NCBI GenBank assembly: GCA_050251055.1 | Contig: JBFWNL010000002.1 | Coordinates: forward strand, 465,927 to 529,926 | From: Bacteriovoracia bacterium | GTDB lineage: Bacteria > Bdellovibrionota > UBA1018 > JBFWNL01 | Reading direction: 5' to 3' | DNA length: 64,000 bases | In this document: positions 38,987-48,142 of the stretch, in pieces | Numbering within the stretch: the first letter of the stretch is position 1 | Layout: each line of letters opens with the position of its first letter | Position numbers and translations under genes: made by a program | Notes under the pieces: model-generated | The model's database searches: none | Told to the model about the DNA's origin: nothing | What the model saw: only the letters and a program-made list of their open reading frames with translations

Positions 38987-39079
38987 CCCCTCTAGTATCG
39001 GGCATTTCCTGGCGGCGGGTGTCAGATGACGGTTTGGTCCGGGTTAGGATTTGGTTTCCCTAACCGAATCCTAAAAAGC

Positions 39080-39110
39080 AAAAAGCCGTCGGGTTTCCCC
39101 GACGGCTTTT
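39080..39110 (-). terminator. Intrinsic terminator after rpsA
   Basis: AAAAGCCGTCGGG-GAAA-CCCGACGGCTTTTT on the minus strand. Confidence 0.85.
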
Positions 39111-39144
39111 AAACCTTGAATACCGGAAGATTAGGCTAAACCGC

Positions 39145-40959
39145 CTATTCCTTGTCTTCCTTCTTGTTCAGCACGTTCTTGAGCTGGCTGCCGAGCAGAT
39201 CTCCCATGGAGGTCTTGTTCGTGCGCTCGCCCATGTACGACTGGTAGTTGGCGCGCTCTTCGCTGCGGCCCAACTGCTTAATCGACAACCCGATACGGCG
39301 CTCCTTCGGCTCGATCGACAGGATCTCGGCGCGAACCGTTTCGCCCACCTTCAGGACGTCCGACGGCTTCTCGACGCGTTGATCGGCGATCTCGCTGACG
39401 TACACCAGACCTTCGACGCCTTCTTCGATCTCGACGAACGCACCGAAGTCGGTGAGCTTCGTGACCGGGCCTTCCACGGCCTGGCCTTGGCGATAACGGG
39501 ACTTGATGTTGTCCCAAGGATCGCGCTCGAGCTGCTTCACGCCCAAGGAGAACTTCTCCGCATGCTTGTCGATGCTAAGCACGACCGTGCGGATCTCGTC
39601 GCCCTTCTTGTACTTCTCGGACGGGTGGTTGAACTTCTTGGTCCAGCTGATATCGCTGACGTGCACCAAGCCGTCGATGCCCATACCGATGTCGACGAAC
39701 ACGCCGAAGTCGGTGATCGACTTGACGGAGCCCGTCTCGATGATGGTGCCGACCGGGTACTTCTGTTCCAGATCGTCCCACGGATTGGCCTGCAGCTGCT
39801 TGATACCGAGGCTGATGCGCTTCTGCTTGGAATCGACTTCCAAGACCTTGCATTCGACTTCGTCGCCGGCCTTGAGGACCTTCGAGGGGTGCTTCACGCG
39901 CTCGGTCCAGGACATTTCGGAGACGTGGATCAAGCCTTCGATGCCGTCGGCCAATTCCACGAAAGCGCCGTAGTCCTTGAGCGACACGACCTTGCCCTTG
40001 ACCGTGGTGCCGACGGGGAACTTGAATTCCGCTTCGTCCCACGGGTTGGCGGTGACTTGCTTGAGACCGAGGCTGACGCGTTCCTTTTCGCGGTCGTACT
40101 TGAGAACCTTGACTTGGATCTCGTCGCCCACGGAGAAGAGCTCGCTCGGGTGCTTGATACGGCCCCAGGACATATCGGTGATATGCAGGAGACCGTCCAT
40201 TCCGCCCAGATCGATGAAAGCGCCGTATTCGGTGATGTTCTTCACCGTACCGGCTACGATCATTCCTTCTTCGATGTTCGCCAAGGTTTCGGCGCGCTGG
40301 ATCTCACGCTCATGCGCGACTACCGCACGGCGGGAAAGCACGATGTTACCGCGCTTCTTGTTGAACTTGATGATCTTGAACTTCAGGCGCTGGCCGATGA
40401 ACTTGTCGAGGTTCTTCACCGGCTTCGTGTCGATCTGGCTGCCCGGCAAGAAAGCCTTCACGCCGATGTCGACCGAGAGACCGCCCTTCACCTTCGAGAT
40501 CACGGTGCCTTCGACTAGCTGGTCGTTTTCGCAAGCTTGCGAGATTTCGTCCCAAGCGCGGATGATCTCGGCCTTGTCCTTGGACATCAGGATGTAGCCG
40601 TTTTCGATCTCCATGCGCTCGAGGTAAACGCTGATCGTGTCGCCGACGTTCACCTGCGGCTTGCCGGTGGCGTCCTTGAACTCATGCAGGGGGACCAAGC
40701 CTTCGCACTTGAAGCCCACGTCGACGGTGACGTGGTCGGGGCTGATGTTGACGACGCGGCCATCGACCACTTCGCCTTCCTGCATCGCTTTTTCTTTTTG
40801 ATGTTGCTCGAAGAGGTGGGCAAAGCCTTCTTTGCCGCCCGCGGCCGCGCCGCTGCTATCTTCGTCATCGCCGGTAAAGGACGAGAACTCGTCCATCCAG
40901 CTTAAATTTTTCAGATTCTTGTGCTTTTTAGATTCTTCCACAGACTGCTTATTCACCAT
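39145..40959 (-). CDS. rpsA: 30S ribosomal protein S1
   Basis: Six S1 domains (AFLPGSQID, YGAFIDLGGMDGLLHITDMSW, IEGLIHVSEMSW, RISLGIKQL). Confidence 0.98.
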   Translation of the reverse strand: MVNKQSVEESKKHKNLKNLSWMDEFSSFTGDDEDSSGAAAGGKEGFAHLFEQHQKEKAMQEGEVVDGRVVNISPDHVTVDVGFKCEGLVPLHEFKDATGKPQVNVGDTISVYLERMEIENGYILMSKDKAEIIRAWDEISQACENDQLVEGTVISKVKGGLSVDIGVKAFLPGSQIDTKPVKNLDKFIGQRLKFKIIKFNKKRGNIVLSRRAVVAHEREIQRAETLANIEEGMIVAGTVKNITEYGAFIDLGGMDGLLHITDMSWGRIKHPSELFSVGDEIQVKVLKYDREKERVSLGLKQVTANPWDEAEFKFPVGTTVKGKVVSLKDYGAFVELADGIEGLIHVSEMSWTERVKHPSKVLKAGDEVECKVLEVDSKQKRISLGIKQLQANPWDDLEQKYPVGTIIETGSVKSITDFGVFVDIGMGIDGLVHVSDISWTKKFNHPSEKYKKGDEIRTVVLSIDKHAEKFSLGVKQLERDPWDNIKSRYRQGQAVEGPVTKLTDFGAFVEIEEGVEGLVYVSEIADQRVEKPSDVLKVGETVRAEILSIEPKERRIGLSIKQLGRSEERANYQSYMGERTNKTSMGDLLGSQLKNVLNKKEDKE

Positions 40960-41069
40960 ATTTTGTTGTTAGTTGCTTTCTTCTAAAACGAACGGGGCTT
41001 AGAGCCGCAAAGCAGCCGCGGGCCCTCGCTTACGGGGTATACCGAATGGGTATAAATGACCGTGGGAAA

Positions 41070-41098
41070 GGTATAAAGACTTGGCCACCCTTTGTCAA
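41070..41098 (-). promoter_or_regulatory. Sigma70 promoter of rpsA
   Basis: TTGACA-17-TATACC about 110 nt upstream of the ATG. Confidence 0.7.
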
Positions 41099-41216
41099 AA
41101 CGAAAAGCCATGATTTTACGGGGGATTTCGGAATAACGGCGTTTTCTCCGAAGGAAATAGAGTTGGATTTACAATAGGTTACAGGATGACGGGCGGCTCC
41201 CTCTCCCGACGGCGCT

Positions 41217-41507
41217 TTACTTTAATGAGGGCGCCGGCACTTCCGCGGGCGTGGCGGGAAGTCCCGGCTGGCGCTTGATCCATTGTCCGAATCGATCGCC
41301 GCGGGATTCGCAGTTACGTAAAGCCTCGTCGTAGCAATCGCCGCGAGCTTCGTCGCCACTCAACTTGCCGCAGGTAACCTGCGCGGATTGATAACAGCCC
41401 GTCGCGTAAGCGAAGCGGGCCATGTCTTGGTTGGGCACGCTCAAGGTGACGGTAGCGCATCCCCCCGCACTCACTGCGATCACGATCCCCCACGCAACGA
41501 GCCTCAT
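41217..41507 (-). CDS. Small Cys-rich lipoprotein
   Basis: TGATG coupling to the GT4 gene; lipobox AGG-C; two C-x7-C motifs. Confidence 0.65.
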   Translation of the reverse strand: MRLVAWGIVIAVSAGGCATVTLSVPNQDMARFAYATGCYQSAQVTCGKLSGDEARGDCYDEALRNCESRGDRFGQWIKRQPGLPATPAEVPAPSLK

Positions 41508-42721
41508 CAAATCCCCCGCAGGCGCAGCATGCGCTCATAAAGCGTGAGGGTTCGCAACAGGCGCACCCGGCGGTCGTAGCTCTTGCGAATGTGCTGGCGT
41601 CCTTGCTTGCCCATCTGCGTGCGCTCGCGCGGGTGGTCCAGCAGGTATCGGATCTGCCGCTGCAGGTCGAAAGCGTCGTCGGGACGAATCAACAACCCGT
41701 AATCTTCGTCGCCCACGATCTCGGAAGCGCTGCCGCCGCGCGAGATCACGATCGGACACTCCATGGCCATCGCCTCGATCGCCACCAACCCGAACGCCTC
41801 CTGCCGGGAAGGCATGACGAAGATGTCGAAAGCGCTCATGACTTCGGGAATGTTTTCCTTGTAGCCCGCGAATACGACGTGGTCCTGGATACGGAACTGC
41901 TCGACGATTTTCTGGAGCTCCTGCGTGTACTCGAGTTCGCTCCCCAGCGTTTCTTCACCCACGATCACGAACTTGAACTTACCCTTGTGCTTGCCTGGGT
42001 TCTTGAGCAAGCCCGCCGCGGCCTTGATGAAAGTCTCCTGGCCCTTCGCCGGATCGATGCGTCCTACTAACCCGATCACGACCGTGCCATCGTCCGCCCC
42101 CCATTCCGCGCGCTGGGCGGAAGCGTCGATCTTCTCCGGATCGAATGCATCAAGATCGATACCGAGGTGAATGACCTTCACCTGGCGTTCGCGCAGTCGG
42201 TGAGTCTGCAGCACGTTATCGCGCAGTACTTGGCTCATGACGACCAGGCAATCCACTCGACGATAGATAAGGGAATGAAAGAGATTGCGTTTATCGTGAC
42301 TATTCATGATGTGGCGGGTAGCCACGAGGGCGACGTTGCGGTGATTCCAGAGCCAAGGCGAGATGGAGCCCAACAACGTGGTTTGGTGGGTGTGAATGAG
42401 ATTCACCCCGTTTTCGGAAATCCAGCGGTGGATCTCGCCCCGCAACTTAAAGTCGAACGTGTCGCGTGGCCGAAACGTGAGGGGATGCACGGTCAGCTCG
42501 TCTCGCCGGGCCAAGTGCAGATGGATCGGCGAGCCCTCCAGACAGACCACCTTCACCTTCAATCCCTGCTTACCCAGCTCAAGCGCGTCGGCGGCGGCCA
42601 CCTGTTCCAATCCGCCCCATGAATGGGAAAGGCAGACCACCGCGCAGCTGAGGCGCTCCTGCAGCGACTTCACGGTCGCCTGCATGTCGATTTTAACGGT
42701 GCGCTTACGCGTGGTACTCAT
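41507..42721 (-). CDS. Glycosyltransferase family 4 (LPS core-related)
   Basis: GGLE, VGRIDPAKG, DIFVMPSRQEAFGLVAIEAMA. Confidence 0.9.
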   Translation of the reverse strand: MSTTRKRTVKIDMQATVKSLQERLSCAVVCLSHSWGGLEQVAAADALELGKQGLKVKVVCLEGSPIHLHLARRDELTVHPLTFRPRDTFDFKLRGEIHRWISENGVNLIHTHQTTLLGSISPWLWNHRNVALVATRHIMNSHDKRNLFHSLIYRRVDCLVVMSQVLRDNVLQTHRLRERQVKVIHLGIDLDAFDPEKIDASAQRAEWGADDGTVVIGLVGRIDPAKGQETFIKAAAGLLKNPGKHKGKFKFVIVGEETLGSELEYTQELQKIVEQFRIQDHVVFAGYKENIPEVMSAFDIFVMPSRQEAFGLVAIEAMAMECPIVISRGGSASEIVGDEDYGLLIRPDDAFDLQRQIRYLLDHPRERTQMGKQGRQHIRKSYDRRVRLLRTLTLYERMLRLRGI

Positions 42722-43805
42722 CTTTCAGCTGGACCTTAATCTCTTCCCATACCCGTTGTACTTCAATTCCCTTAAGACATTGAAGCTTCTTTTGCGGAGG
42801 TTGGTAGCATTCGTTCTTCTCGCAGGGCCAACACTCGACGGGGTTAATGCAGACCGCCACCTGGCCGGGGCCGATGGGTTCGGTGCGCGCCGGATTGGCG
42901 GCGCCGCAGACGATGCGAACGCGCGAACCGCAAAGCGAAGCCACGTGCGCCAAACCCGACTCGTTGCAAACGGTGAAGCGCGCCTCCCGAAAAATCTTCC
43001 ATAAGCCGCTCACCGGCCCCCGCGCGGTGAAATCGCGCACGTGTAGGGATTTATCTTCTTCCATTTCGGCCGCCATGGCGGCTTCGGCCGGACCACCCAC
43101 CACGATGCCGGGCCAGCCCGTTTCCTGGTGAACCATGCGCGCAAGCTGGATGTATTGGTTGAGCGGCCACCGCCGCGATTCGGCGGTCGCGCCCGGCGCG
43201 AGCACCCAGTACGGACCCGCGGGCGGCGCCAGGGTTTCCTTCGGCGCCCACTCCGCCATCGCGTCGAAAGCTTCAAGCTCTCCGGCGATTTTTTCATCGA
43301 GTGGATTTTCCGGGTACACGCCCCAGAAATCCTCGGCGCCCTTCATGCCCGGCACCGCCGCGCGCGCGCCTTTCGGTAGAAGGTTCAAATAGGCCTGCGC
43401 CCGGTGCAACCCCGGCGAAGGATCCCAAGGCAACGAGTCGTTCAATAACCAGCCGCGCCCCTCCAACCGGTAACCCCGGCGAGTCGCCGCTCCCGCCCGG
43501 CGAAGGAGCCAAGCGGCGGAAAAGGAATTGGGCAAGGAGATCGCGAGATCCCACTTCCGACGTCCCCGCAGCTCGGCCCCGAACGCATGGATGTTCTGGA
43601 AGCGGCTCCACACCGTCGGACGCAACGGTCGGGGCAGGGAAATCACCTCGTCGACCTGACGACGGAACTGCACGCTCTCCACCCAAGGCGCGGAGATGGT
43701 CGCGATATGCGCGCGCGGAAAAGCCCGACGGAGGTAGTAAAAGAACGGATAGGCCATCACTTGATCGCCGATCCAATTCGGCGCGCGGACCAAAATCGAC
43801 TGCAT
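42705..43805 (-). CDS. waaF: Lipopolysaccharide heptosyltransferase II (GT9)
   Basis: ILVRAPNWIGDQVM, LPNSFSAA, APGA...RRWP, NESGLAHVA. Confidence 0.82.
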   Translation of the reverse strand: MQSILVRAPNWIGDQVMAYPFFYYLRRAFPRAHIATISAPWVESVQFRRQVDEVISLPRPLRPTVWSRFQNIHAFGAELRGRRKWDLAISLPNSFSAAWLLRRAGAATRRGYRLEGRGWLLNDSLPWDPSPGLHRAQAYLNLLPKGARAAVPGMKGAEDFWGVYPENPLDEKIAGELEAFDAMAEWAPKETLAPPAGPYWVLAPGATAESRRWPLNQYIQLARMVHQETGWPGIVVGGPAEAAMAAEMEEDKSLHVRDFTARGPVSGLWKIFREARFTVCNESGLAHVASLCGSRVRIVCGAANPARTEPIGPGQVAVCINPVECWPCEKNECYQPPQKKLQCLKGIEVQRVWEEIKVQLKDEYHA

Positions 43806-43827
43806 CAACTTTCGTTATCCCCCGGCG

Positions 43828-44880
43828 CTAAGGTTTACCCGGCGTCGCCTCGATCAGCTCCGCCTTCACGGCCCCGATCTTTACCTTGGCCTCGAGCCGG
43901 ATCAGGTATCGCCGTTCATCGTCGCTGTACCAGAGGTACATATCGCCCTTCTTTTCCAGCGCTCCCCGAAACTGCGTTTCGGGCCGCACCACTACCGCCT
44001 TCACCTTGCCGAGCGCGCGGTTTTTCGTCTCCTCTCGGCGAGACACGGTCAGGTGCAGGTCCCAAAGCTTTCCTTCGGAAACCACCGGAAACTTCGTCGT
44101 GGTTCCGTCCGAGAGCGGCAAGGTGCGGACGAAGTAGACGGAAGACACGCTATCCTGTGGAAAGGGATCCATGGGAAAATAGTTTTTTTCTTCCTTATAT
44201 CCCTTGTCGCGATGGTTATTGCGATTCCAGAAAAAGGTTTGCTTCTTTTCGGAGTCATACAGCTCGAGCGAATCGCGGGTCTGCACAGTCTCGTCCAAGA
44301 TGAGGTGGAACCGATGCGAAAAGAGCCCTTCGAAATCCAGGAAAGACTCGATCGTGTCGTTCAAGCGGTAAATGAAGCTAAAAAGCTTGGAGCTCACCGC
44401 CGTCACCTTGATGTGGTAAACCTTACGATGGTTGATTTCCTTGAACGGCAGGACTTCCAGGGTGAACGTTCCCGCTGGCATCCCAATGTAGGTGACTTCG
44501 TACACAAGTTTCTCACCTACATTAAAGGGGAACGCCCCCACCGGACGGCGCGAGGGGTAAGTGAAAACCTCCGGCGCGGGTTCGGGTTTTTTTGTTTTCG
44601 AGTTCTTTGGTTTGGCTTTCGGGTCTTCCTTGGGTTTCGTCGCGATCGGAGTCGGCGACCCCTCCGGAGAGACCGTGGGATTGGTCGGGGCGTCCGCCGA
44701 AGGCGCGACCGTGAACTTGTCGACCAGCTCTTTCGGCAACTCGGCCGGGAAATCCTGCTTTTCGATTTTCTTGAGTTCCGGAGCCGAAGCGCAGCTCGCC
44801 ATCCCCAGCGCGAACGCCCCCACTACGCCTAAATATAATTTGCCGCGCAAAGTCAACCCACTGGTTTCGCCAAGTTGCAT
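43828..44880 (-). CDS. DUF3108-like lipoprotein
   Basis: Lipobox MAS-C, Pro/Lys linker, PFNVGEKLVYEVTY.G..AG, QDSVSSVYFVR, WYSDDERRY...KIGAV. Confidence 0.75.
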   Translation of the reverse strand: MQLGETSGLTLRGKLYLGVVGAFALGMASCASAPELKKIEKQDFPAELPKELVDKFTVAPSADAPTNPTVSPEGSPTPIATKPKEDPKAKPKNSKTKKPEPAPEVFTYPSRRPVGAFPFNVGEKLVYEVTYIGMPAGTFTLEVLPFKEINHRKVYHIKVTAVSSKLFSFIYRLNDTIESFLDFEGLFSHRFHLILDETVQTRDSLELYDSEKKQTFFWNRNNHRDKGYKEEKNYFPMDPFPQDSVSSVYFVRTLPLSDGTTTKFPVVSEGKLWDLHLTVSRREETKNRALGKVKAVVVRPETQFRGALEKKGDMYLWYSDDERRYLIRLEAKVKIGAVKAELIEATPGKP

Positions 44881-44936
44881 CCGGACATTCTAGCCCAGAC
44901 CGGGGCCGACCGCTAGCTCGACCGCGAACTGGCTTG

Positions 44937-45857
44937 CTAATGCCGGCCGCGGGCGGAATCCCACTCGCCGGGCTTCAACGGACTCAAATCCCCCTTGAAG
45001 CGCCGATGCGACCAAAGCCACTGTTCGGGATGCGCCCGTACGTGCTGCTCCACCACCTCGGCATAGCGGGCGGTATTTAGCGCCAATTCGCGGAAAGAAT
45101 TTTCGTCGGAAATCCAAGCCAGCGCGGGGAAAATCTCAACCACGAAACGCCCATTGGGCAGACGGTAGTTCACCACCGGTAGGATCGGCGCCTCGGTGCG
45201 TTTGTGCAAAGCCGCGAGCGCCGAGGAGGTACCCACCGGCCGGCCGAAGAACGGCACCCGCACGCCCAGCGGAGGTCCCGCGTATTGATCAAGCACGATG
45301 CCGATCGTTTTCCCGTCGCGCAGGAACCGCAAGATGTCTTTCATGGTTCGAGGCTCGTAGGTCCCCTTCACGCCGTACCGTGCCCGGCCGCGCTCGATCG
45401 CCCGATGCAGCCACTCGGGCTTGAGATGCTTCGTGACGATCATGAGGTCGATCCCATGCGTAGCGCCGGTGCCCGCCATGATTTCCCAATTGCCGACGTG
45501 GCTCGAAAGAAAAATCGCCCCTTTGCCCCGGGCCAGCGCCGCCCGCCAGTGCTCTTGTCCGCGCAGCTCGGACCAACGCCCCAAGAACCGGCCCATCACC
45601 TGTCCCGGCACGAGAACCAGGAAGATTTCCAGAAAAAGATTCCCGATGTGACGAAACGCTGCACGCTCCAACCGTTCTCGCGCCGCCAGATCATCGCCAT
45701 ATGCGATTTCCAAATTCTGCCGAATGACTTTGCGGCGAAATCTCAACGTCCGCAGAGCCACGCCCAGCGCGTCCCCCAGCCCCGTCTGCCACGAACGCGG
45801 AAAGCGGGAAAAGACCCACGCCTTTAAGGAAAAAAAAGCGGCCGCTATTTTCCCCAT
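44937..45857 (-). CDS. lpxL: Lipid A biosynthesis lauroyl/myristoyl acyltransferase
   Basis: HVGNWE, VLDQ, VPFFG, PEQWLWSHRRFK. Confidence 0.88.
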   Translation of the reverse strand: MGKIAAAFFSLKAWVFSRFPRSWQTGLGDALGVALRTLRFRRKVIRQNLEIAYGDDLAARERLERAAFRHIGNLFLEIFLVLVPGQVMGRFLGRWSELRGQEHWRAALARGKGAIFLSSHVGNWEIMAGTGATHGIDLMIVTKHLKPEWLHRAIERGRARYGVKGTYEPRTMKDILRFLRDGKTIGIVLDQYAGPPLGVRVPFFGRPVGTSSALAALHKRTEAPILPVVNYRLPNGRFVVEIFPALAWISDENSFRELALNTARYAEVVEQHVRAHPEQWLWSHRRFKGDLSPLKPGEWDSARGRH

Positions 45858-48133
45858 AGTACCCGGTCCCAATTTTCCCGCCCGCTCTCGAAGACGAGTT
45901 CGGGTTCGAAAACCACGAATTGATTCACCTGCGCCTTGGCCGAGGGAAACTCGCGCCACTTCACCCAATCCTTGCCGGTGAGCGCGATCCGGCAGCCCTG
46001 CGCGCGCGCTTGTTCCAGGATCTCCTTGGCCGTCGACTCGTCGTAACGAGCGTGGTCGGGAAAACTCCAATGCTTAGTGACCTTCCAATTCAGCTTGTCG
46101 AGCTGGCTTTTCACGAACGCGCCGTCGGCCAAACCCGTCACGAGCATCACCGCGTCGCCCTGGCCCGCCGGTAGCCGAAAACCCACTTTCGCCCACGGAC
46201 GCCCGAATACCGCGGGCCGCTGCGATCCCTTGGTCCAAACGACGAGGTCCGCCTGGCCGAGCGCGCCGCGGAAATCCCGAAAGACCCGCTCCCCCGGACG
46301 TAAGGAGGTGACGGCGACCACTTCGATATCCTTGTCGATCTGGAAATTCTGAAAACCGTCATCCAAGACCACGACGTCCGGCGCCTTCCCCAGCCGTTCG
46401 GAAATAGCGAGGTATTGCTTGTGTCGATTCGCCCCCACGCCGATCCACGCGCCCGGCACCAGCTGGTGCAGAAGCGCGGCTTCGTCTCCGCAACGACCGG
46501 ACTCCTGGTCCGCCATGCCGGGTTCGATCACTCCCCCGCCCGCCTCCCAGAGCGAGCCGTAACCCCGGCAAAGAATCGCGACCGACTTTCCGCGCGCGAC
46601 CGCCTCTTTCGCGATGCGAGCGACGATGGGGGTTTTGCCCGCACCACCGACCTGGATATTGCCGACGCTGATCACCTTCGACGGCAGTTTTTCCGAGGAG
46701 AAAAAACCCCAGGCATGCAGCCGCCGCGCCAGGCGGTTGACCGTGCCCCAAATAAAAGAAGCCGCCCAGGCCATGGGTTGAGTGTCGGCCCGGTAATGCG
46801 CGCGCGCGACCGCTAAAATTTCGCGCGCGGCACGCTCCGACGGCGATTCGTTTCCACTCACCACGCGCTTGCGGACAACCTCGATCGCGGCCTGCACATC
46901 GACCTTACGATCCAGATCCCCCAACAGGTTTCCTAGCTCGAGCGCCACGTTGGCGACCGTCATTTCCTCCATCACGAGCTCGCGGAACGCGCGCGCCGGC
47001 GACCCGCGCCACCGCTGCTTGGGATAACGAACCTGGTTTTCGTAAACGAGATTCGAAAGGGCCACCGGTCCACTGTAGCGAACGAGATTTTTGAAAATCC
47101 AGCCGGTCAGCCGGCTCGGCCGGTAGACCACGACATGCGGGCAGCCCAGCACCGCGGCCTGTAAGGTGGACGTGCCCGACTTCACGATCGCCGCGTCGGA
47201 GGCCAGCAGCGCTTCCGAGGAATTTCCCGAAAAAATCCGGCAATTCAGCCGGCCCGCGCCGTGATGTCCCGGGCGTGACGCCTTCCACCGATCGTAAGCG
47301 GCTTGTACGCCCGCCAGCGGGGTTTCCTCGCTGAGCGGCAGCAGCACCTGAAAGCGATGTTGGCTCATACGGGTCACCACTTCGAGCATGGCGTCGAGCA
47401 TGATCTCCAGGTGCGCGGATATCTCGGCGGGGCGGCTGCCCGGCATGAGGGTGACGACGAGCTCGCTCAAAGGCTTTACCGGATTTTCCACGTCCGCCTC
47501 GAGCGTGGGCTCGACGCCCTCCCCTTCCGGAGCCACGGTCGTCGGCAGGGGGGGCAGGCCCAGGTCCCGGCGCGCGTCGACGCGGCTTTTTTTCAAGGGA
47601 AGCTCGTCCACCAATGGGTTTCCCACGTAGGTGGCATGGACATCCGCGCTTCTCAAAAACGCCTCTTCGAACGGAAAGATACAGAGCACTTTCTGAAAAT
47701 ACTTCTGCAGGAACTTCGCGCGGCCGTGCCGCCAAACCCAAAGTTTCGGGGGGATATAGTAAATGACCGGGATGCCCTTTTTCGCGAGCCGCTTGCCCAG
47801 CCGGAAGTGAAACTCGGGATAGTCGATCACGACCGCCACCGCCGGCTGCTCCCGCGTCGCCTCGCCCACGATCCGGCGCAAAGCCTTGAACAGCTTAGGC
47901 AGCTCGCCCAGGGCTTCGGTCGTGCCCATGGCGAGCATCTCGGAGGCGTCGAAAAGGGTGCGCAGGCCCGCGGCCTTCAGGGCGTGCCCACCGATCCCAA
48001 ATGCGTCAACTTCGGTCGGGGGGTGCCCGTCGTTCTCGGCGGGACCACGCGCGGCTTGGCGGCGAATCGCTTCGAGCAGCTGAGCGCCGTGCTGGTCCGA
48101 AGAGGCTTCCGCGGCCGAGATCAGGATCTTCAT
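45845..48133 (-). CDS. lpxB-lpxK: Fused lipid-A-disaccharide synthase (LpxB) and tetraacyldisaccharide 4'-kinase (LpxK)
   Basis: N-part AEASSD, IDYPEF, P.LWVWR, IFPFE, VGNPL, PGSR, SGTSTL (LpxB). C-part SVGNIQVGGAGKTP, RGYG, GDEA, LDDGFQ, FPDH, TGKDWVK (LpxK). One uninterrupted ORF. Confidence 0.9.
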   Translation of the reverse strand: MKILISAAEASSDQHGAQLLEAIRRQAARGPAENDGHPPTEVDAFGIGGHALKAAGLRTLFDASEMLAMGTTEALGELPKLFKALRRIVGEATREQPAVAVVIDYPEFHFRLGKRLAKKGIPVIYYIPPKLWVWRHGRAKFLQKYFQKVLCIFPFEEAFLRSADVHATYVGNPLVDELPLKKSRVDARRDLGLPPLPTTVAPEGEGVEPTLEADVENPVKPLSELVVTLMPGSRPAEISAHLEIMLDAMLEVVTRMSQHRFQVLLPLSEETPLAGVQAAYDRWKASRPGHHGAGRLNCRIFSGNSSEALLASDAAIVKSGTSTLQAAVLGCPHVVVYRPSRLTGWIFKNLVRYSGPVALSNLVYENQVRYPKQRWRGSPARAFRELVMEEMTVANVALELGNLLGDLDRKVDVQAAIEVVRKRVVSGNESPSERAAREILAVARAHYRADTQPMAWAASFIWGTVNRLARRLHAWGFFSSEKLPSKVISVGNIQVGGAGKTPIVARIAKEAVARGKSVAILCRGYGSLWEAGGGVIEPGMADQESGRCGDEAALLHQLVPGAWIGVGANRHKQYLAISERLGKAPDVVVLDDGFQNFQIDKDIEVVAVTSLRPGERVFRDFRGALGQADLVVWTKGSQRPAVFGRPWAKVGFRLPAGQGDAVMLVTGLADGAFVKSQLDKLNWKVTKHWSFPDHARYDESTAKEILEQARAQGCRIALTGKDWVKWREFPSAKAQVNQFVVFEPELVFESGRENWDRVLWGK

Positions 48134-48142
48134 GCGATCAGA

